From assembly GCA_963744145.1 (NCBI GenBank), contig CAVUSO010000001.1:3552001-3616000 (forward strand): a stretch of DNA of 64,000 nt, given 5' to 3'. Positions 60,180 through 64,000 of the stretch are shown one piece after another (the first letter of the stretch is position 1; each line of letters opens with the position of its first letter). The translations under genes and the position numbers were made by a program. This stretch comes from an uncultured cyanobacterium. Its GTDB lineage: Bacteria > Cyanobacteriota > Cyanobacteriia > Cyanobacteriales > CAWUOF01. The notes below the pieces were generated by a model. It saw only the letters and a program-made list of their open reading frames with translations, made no database searches and was not told the origin of the DNA.

Positions 60180-60761
60180 CTAGCTGGGACGAGTCAAACA
60201 GTAAATTAGCCACAGCGCACCGACAATCCCCAGAAAATGAGCAAAGATCGTATGAGTATTACCCAGGACAATAAACAAATCTACTGGTTGAATAAATTGA
60301 TTGAGTTGACTGGGATTAAATGCTACACCCTGTTGCGATCGCAAAGCTTTACCCAAAAGTGAGCCCGTGATGGTCTCTGCACCCAGCAAAGTTAGTAACA
60401 TTCCTGCTAAATTGCCGATCAGCGCGATCTGAACCATTTGAATGGTATCGGCTTTTTTGGGACGTTCTTCGGGATTGCTTGATCCTAGTCGCTTGGCTCT
60501 ACCCAGGTAGAAGAAAGCGCGATAAATGTTAAAATAAAGTATCAGTAAACCGAGTACAGCAAAAAGCAACCCACCTCCTGTGCCCGGGTTATTAGGATCG
60601 CTACTAGCGTTGAGAGTAGAAGCAGCAAATAATAAAATCAAACTAGCAACTACAGCTAGCACTAGCTGACCCCAAAAGCTAATCCGACCAGTCCAGCGAA
60701 ACATCCGGGCGATTCGTTGAAGTTTGACAGGAATTGGTGAGGAGTTGAATTCGTTTGACAT
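60180..60761 (-). CDS. DUF3611 family (Tic21/PIC1-like) membrane protein
   Basis: GRISFWGQLVLAVVA...DLFIVLGNTHTIFAHFLG. Start set at MSNEF. Confidence 0.8.
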   Translation of the reverse strand: MSNEFNSSPIPVKLQRIARMFRWTGRISFWGQLVLAVVASLILLFAASTLNASSDPNNPGTGGGLLFAVLGLLILYFNIYRAFFYLGRAKRLGSSNPEERPKKADTIQMVQIALIGNLAGMLLTLLGAETITGSLLGKALRSQQGVAFNPSQLNQFIQPVDLFIVLGNTHTIFAHFLGIVGALWLIYCLTRPS

Positions 60762-61169
60762 ATTGATTTCCAGTTGGCACGATTTGGTATAAATCAGTAA
60801 TTTTGCCCAGCAAGTCAGAAACATTTTATACTTAACATTTCTATTGCTATACTAGGTTTTCCGCTGAAGACAGACAATTGTCTTCAGTCAACTTAATCCC
60901 AAAACATTTCCCAATTTTAATGACCGATGACCAATAAATGGCCAAATATCCTGACTGATCATAGGATCATCATCAAAGACCAATTACTAGGTTGGAAAAA
61001 TAATCCATGAATTTTTACAAGTATCTCCGGATTTGGGTATTAAGAATTGAATCGTATTATTCAGTAGTCTCTGATCAGATGTTTTAAAATCAAGAACTTG
61101 TGATCAGTCATTTTTTTACCCGATATGTGATTTTTTCTTATGGATAGTCTATCCTGCACGGTGAGCCAG

Positions 61170-61550
61170 ATGAAATTTGAGGATATTTATCAATTTTTCC
61201 GTGATCCCCCTCCCCTTTATCTCAACAAGGAATTAGCCGTGTGTTATATTCTTTCTGTTTTGGTGGGTGGAGATTCCTATGGCACGGAATTAATTGGGCG
61301 ATTAGAAAGTGAATTTCCTACTTATCGTCTTTCTGATACGGTACTTTATAGTGCCCTAAAATTCTTGGAGTCAGAAAGAGCAATTATCGGTTACTGGAAA
61401 AAAGTTGAAGGTCGTGGTCGTCCACGTCGGATGTATCAACTTCGTCCTGATTGGCGATCGCAAGCACAAGACCTAGCGACTTTATGGCATCAGTATACCC
61501 ACAGCCAACCTCAAGCAACTGGACTCGGACTTGATTCGATCGCTCGGTAG
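61170..61550 (+). CDS. pex: PadR-family regulator Pex (circadian period extender)
   Basis: MKFEDIYQFF..PPPLYLNKELAVCYIL...SYGTELI...YRLSDTVLYSALKFLE...GRGRPRRMY. Confidence 0.88.
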   Translation: MKFEDIYQFFRDPPPLYLNKELAVCYILSVLVGGDSYGTELIGRLESEFPTYRLSDTVLYSALKFLESERAIIGYWKKVEGRGRPRRMYQLRPDWRSQAQDLATLWHQYTHSQPQATGLGLDSIAR

Positions 61551-61644
61551 CCCAGCTTGATTTCCCTTGTTGTTCTTAAAAATGCCAGCTTGAATTCAGG
61601 GTGCTTTTGCTGGCCAATCCTAGTCTACCAATCTTCTATTATCA

Positions 61645-62199
61645 TTGATGAATTCGGCTATTATCTCCTCTACTTTACTCCTAACTGTTTTATTGGCAGT
61701 TGGTCTGGTTTTCTTTATTCGGGCTGCATCTAAAGATCGCACTCAACAAACTCAACTTTATTCTGAACAAACCCAAGAGCAGCTTTTGCCCCACCTAGAG
61801 CAGTATTTTACCCAAAGAGGTTATCAGATCGCCGCAGTTGATCCTGCTCAATCCCAAGTTACCTTTGCTGGGTTTGTCCGACCGAGCCGATTTCTGGCGA
61901 TATTTTTAACCATCCTAGCGATCGCTGGCACCCTTTGTCTAGCCCTAGTTTTCACCATGCTGGTGCCCAAGCTAGCCCAGTTATTTTTAGGGTTGGTATT
62001 TTTAGCCCCCTTAGCGGGAATTTTTTATTGGCAAAAAGCTGGTAGAATCGAACAAGTCTTACTTCAAGTTCAACCCTTATCTACCTTAGCCTCGATCGAA
62101 CCAACGGGTAAACCACAACCACAAAGCCTAATTACAGTTACAGCACATCGTGATGAATTAGCAGCTTTACCAGAGAATTTAGGTTTAAGAGTTCCCTAA
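61645..62199 (+). CDS. ccb1: Cytochrome b6f heme ci assembly factor CCB1 (DUF3529)
   Basis: STLLLTVLLAVGLVFFIRAASKDRT...FAGFVRPS...FYWQKAGRIEQV...VTAHRDEL. Confidence 0.87.
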   Translation: MMNSAIISSTLLLTVLLAVGLVFFIRAASKDRTQQTQLYSEQTQEQLLPHLEQYFTQRGYQIAAVDPAQSQVTFAGFVRPSRFLAIFLTILAIAGTLCLALVFTMLVPKLAQLFLGLVFLAPLAGIFYWQKAGRIEQVLLQVQPLSTLASIEPTGKPQPQSLITVTAHRDELAALPENLGLRVP

Positions 62200-62289
62200 T
62201 TAGAAATAATCATCTCTTCAAGAAAAACAATTAGATTTGCTGTTATTTGCAGCAAATCTAAGCAAAAAGTTTATAATACTAAATCTAGG

Positions 62290-62370
62290 TACTAATCGGG
62301 CCGGATGGGAGTAGATTGGCCGCCCTGCTTGAAGCCCCGCTGAATGGGAGTTTCCAGAGGGCGGTAAGCC
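62290..62370 (-). ncRNA. GC-rich structured element 3' of the DUF3155 gene (candidate sRNA or 3' UTR element)
   Basis: Minus-strand hairpin ccgccct-ctggaa...ttcaag-c-agggcgg, with two ACTCCCAT motifs. Confidence 0.35.
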
Positions 62371-62379
62371 ACACCACAT

Positions 62380-62697
62380 TTAGCGGGTCTGTATAGCAAC
62401 GGCAGAATTATCTGAGGGAGTTTCGAGGATTTTTAAGCTGGGGAAAAGAAAATGGTTTTCTTCGACATATTGAGCGCCAAATAAGCCTTTTTCTGCCCAG
62501 AAGTACCGATCCGTAGTATGCTCGTTCCGTTTCACCAGCAATAGAGCTGGTGGCACAATGCCCTCAGATTTGATGAATTTTCGAGCTGCTGTGACTGGTT
62601 TATCTTCGCCGCTTTCGATGCTATATTGAGGGACGTGTTCGAGAATTCTGCGTCCTTCTTGACGACGACGGCTTTTCCGCTTGCGTCTCCTAGCCAA
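62380..62697 (-). CDS. DUF3155 family protein
   Basis: ARRRKRKSRRRQEGRRILE...KPVTAARKFI...RNEHTTDRYFWAEKGLFGAQY. The TTG at 62697 is 7 nt from an AGGAGGT RBS. Confidence 0.88.
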   Translation of the reverse strand: MARRRKRKSRRRQEGRRILEHVPQYSIESGEDKPVTAARKFIKSEGIVPPALLLVKRNEHTTDRYFWAEKGLFGAQYVEENHFLFPSLKILETPSDNSAVAIQTR

Positions 62698-62728
62698 ATT
62701 CATTACCTCCTCTTTGTGGCAGTCAGGT

Positions 62729-62784
62729 GTAGTGATCGTTACAAAAACCGTCGCAAGTATATCCTCTTAATATCAAAATTTCAA
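62729..62784 (-). promoter_or_regulatory. Sigma70 promoter with a downstream NtcA box
   Basis: Minus strand TTGAAA (62784-62779), 17 bp, TATACT (62761-62756); tGTA-N8-TACa at 62729-62742. Confidence 0.7.
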
Positions 62785-63175
62785 GGTTTTTTAATTTTTT
62801 GATACAAACCGCCTTCAAACCCTGAAAGCTATGTATATGAAGCTTTCCATTCTTAATTAATCAAATAATAGATTGGGTAAAATCCGGAAATCAGCTAAAA
62901 ATTTTTAACAAATTTTAAAATTGACGCTACTATTCATAAAAAATGTTACGTCTATAATGTCGTCATCTATAATTACTCATAACAGAAAATTCATCAAATC
63001 CATCAGATTGCATCTAAGTTCCGAATCAATTCAGGCTCAGGGTAGACTTAGTTTTGTCTGTAAGCCAATATTTACTTAAAGGAAACAGTATTTTAATGGC
63101 GACAAATTTGGAGTGATCTAGGGGCAATAAACCTTGCATTACCATGTACATCGAGGATTCTAGTTGGGGCAGTCC

Positions 63176-64000
63176 TTGAATAAAAAAGAGCCAACTGGTT
63201 ATGAACTAAGCCGGACTAACTTCGCGGCAGTAGATTTAAAGGGACAAGACCTCAGAGGTGCTTACTTAAAAGGCACCTATCTGCGAGGTGTTTCCTTGAG
63301 AGGAGAAGACTTGAGTGAAGCTAACTTGAGTTATTCTGACCTGATTGAAGCTGATTTAAGCGACAGCAATTTGAGTGGGGCTAATCTAGGAGAAGCTTGC
63401 TTGAATTTGGCCAATCTGAGTGGGGCTAATCTTAGTGGTGCGAATCTGAGCGAAACCAGTCTGGTTGGTGCAGATCTCAGTAACACGGATTTGAGAGGAG
63501 CTAACCTGAGAAATACTAATTTAATTGGAGCCAATTTGAATGGAGCCAATTTGAATGGGGCTAATCTTCGCGGTGCAGATTTAAGTGAAGCTGATCTGAA
63601 CAGAGCAATTTTTAAAAGAGCTGTTTACACGATTGGGACTAAATTTTCCGAAGGGTTCGATCCAGTAGCCGCAGAAGCTTATTTAATTGGTCATGGGGTT
63701 TCTCTAGCAGGAATTAACCTCACTGGTGTTAATTTGAGCGAAGCTGATCTCCGACGTGCTGATCTCCGACGTGCTAATTTGCGAAAAGCTAATTTAGCTG
63801 GTGCTAATTTAGAAAATGCCAACTTAACAAGAGCTACTCTTGATGGAGCTAACTTCAAAGGAGCTGACTTGAAAGGGGCAATCCTGCGTAGAGCTGTTTA
63901 TACTCGCAGTACCCTATTTTCTGAAGGTCTAAACCCATCTTTGTCTGGAGCTTTTTTGGTTGCTCCTAGTATCTCTCTACCTGAAGTCAATTTAAGTGGT
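63176..64000 (+). CDS. Pentapeptide-repeat protein, partial (runs off window end)
   Basis: Not in the ORF track. Open frame from TTG 63176 with A(N/D)LxG repeats and AVYT..T.FSEG.DP spacer motifs. Confidence 0.9.
   Translation, partial: MNKKEPTGYELSRTNFAAVDLKGQDLRGAYLKGTYLRGVSLRGEDLSEANLSYSDLIEADLSDSNLSGANLGEACLNLANLSGANLSGANLSETSLVGADLSNTDLRGANLRNTNLIGANLNGANLNGANLRGADLSEADLNRAIFKRAVYTIGTKFSEGFDPVAAEAYLIGHGVSLAGINLTGVNLSEADLRRADLRRANLRKANLAGANLENANLTRATLDGANFKGADLKGAILRRAVYTRSTLFSEGLNPSLSGAFLVAPSISLPEVNLSG

Noticed and set aside
63331..63549. 72-aa minus-strand ORF with LAPL repeats
   Set aside because: Antisense mirror of the plus-strand pentapeptide-repeat gene

Overview
Cyanobacterial chromosomal DNA: low GC, dense HIP1 octamers (GCGATCGC), and cyanobacteria-specific genes such as pex, ccb1 and DUF3155. 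It has three zones. (1) 1-36.8 kb, open at the left edge: a surface-modification island around the major type IV pilin pilA. It holds about 17 TPR, glycosyltransferase (GT41/OGT x3, GT4, GT9-like, GT61) and SAM-dependent methyltransferase genes (Methyltransf_24-like, FkbM, CmcI, TylF), built from a few reshuffled modules. One methyltransferase gene appears to have been relocated: it is flanked by a 17-bp direct repeat and has left a ghost copy 9 kb away. (2) 37-49 kb: the TCA-bypass pair SSADH (frameshifted) and 2-OG decarboxylase, then xth, a phosphatase with a premature stop, a radical SAM gene, brnT with a truncated brnA, a structured leader plus small protein, two hypothetical membrane proteins, MITEs, and a decayed IS4 interrupted by four 28-29-bp palindromes. 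(3) 49-64 kb: conserved backbone (tamB, DUF3110, murQ, yqeG, proB, HTH protein, DUF3611, pex, ccb1, DUF3155, pentapeptide-repeat gene) with two candidate sRNA elements and an NtcA box. Family assignments come from motif recognition by eye; no database searches were run.
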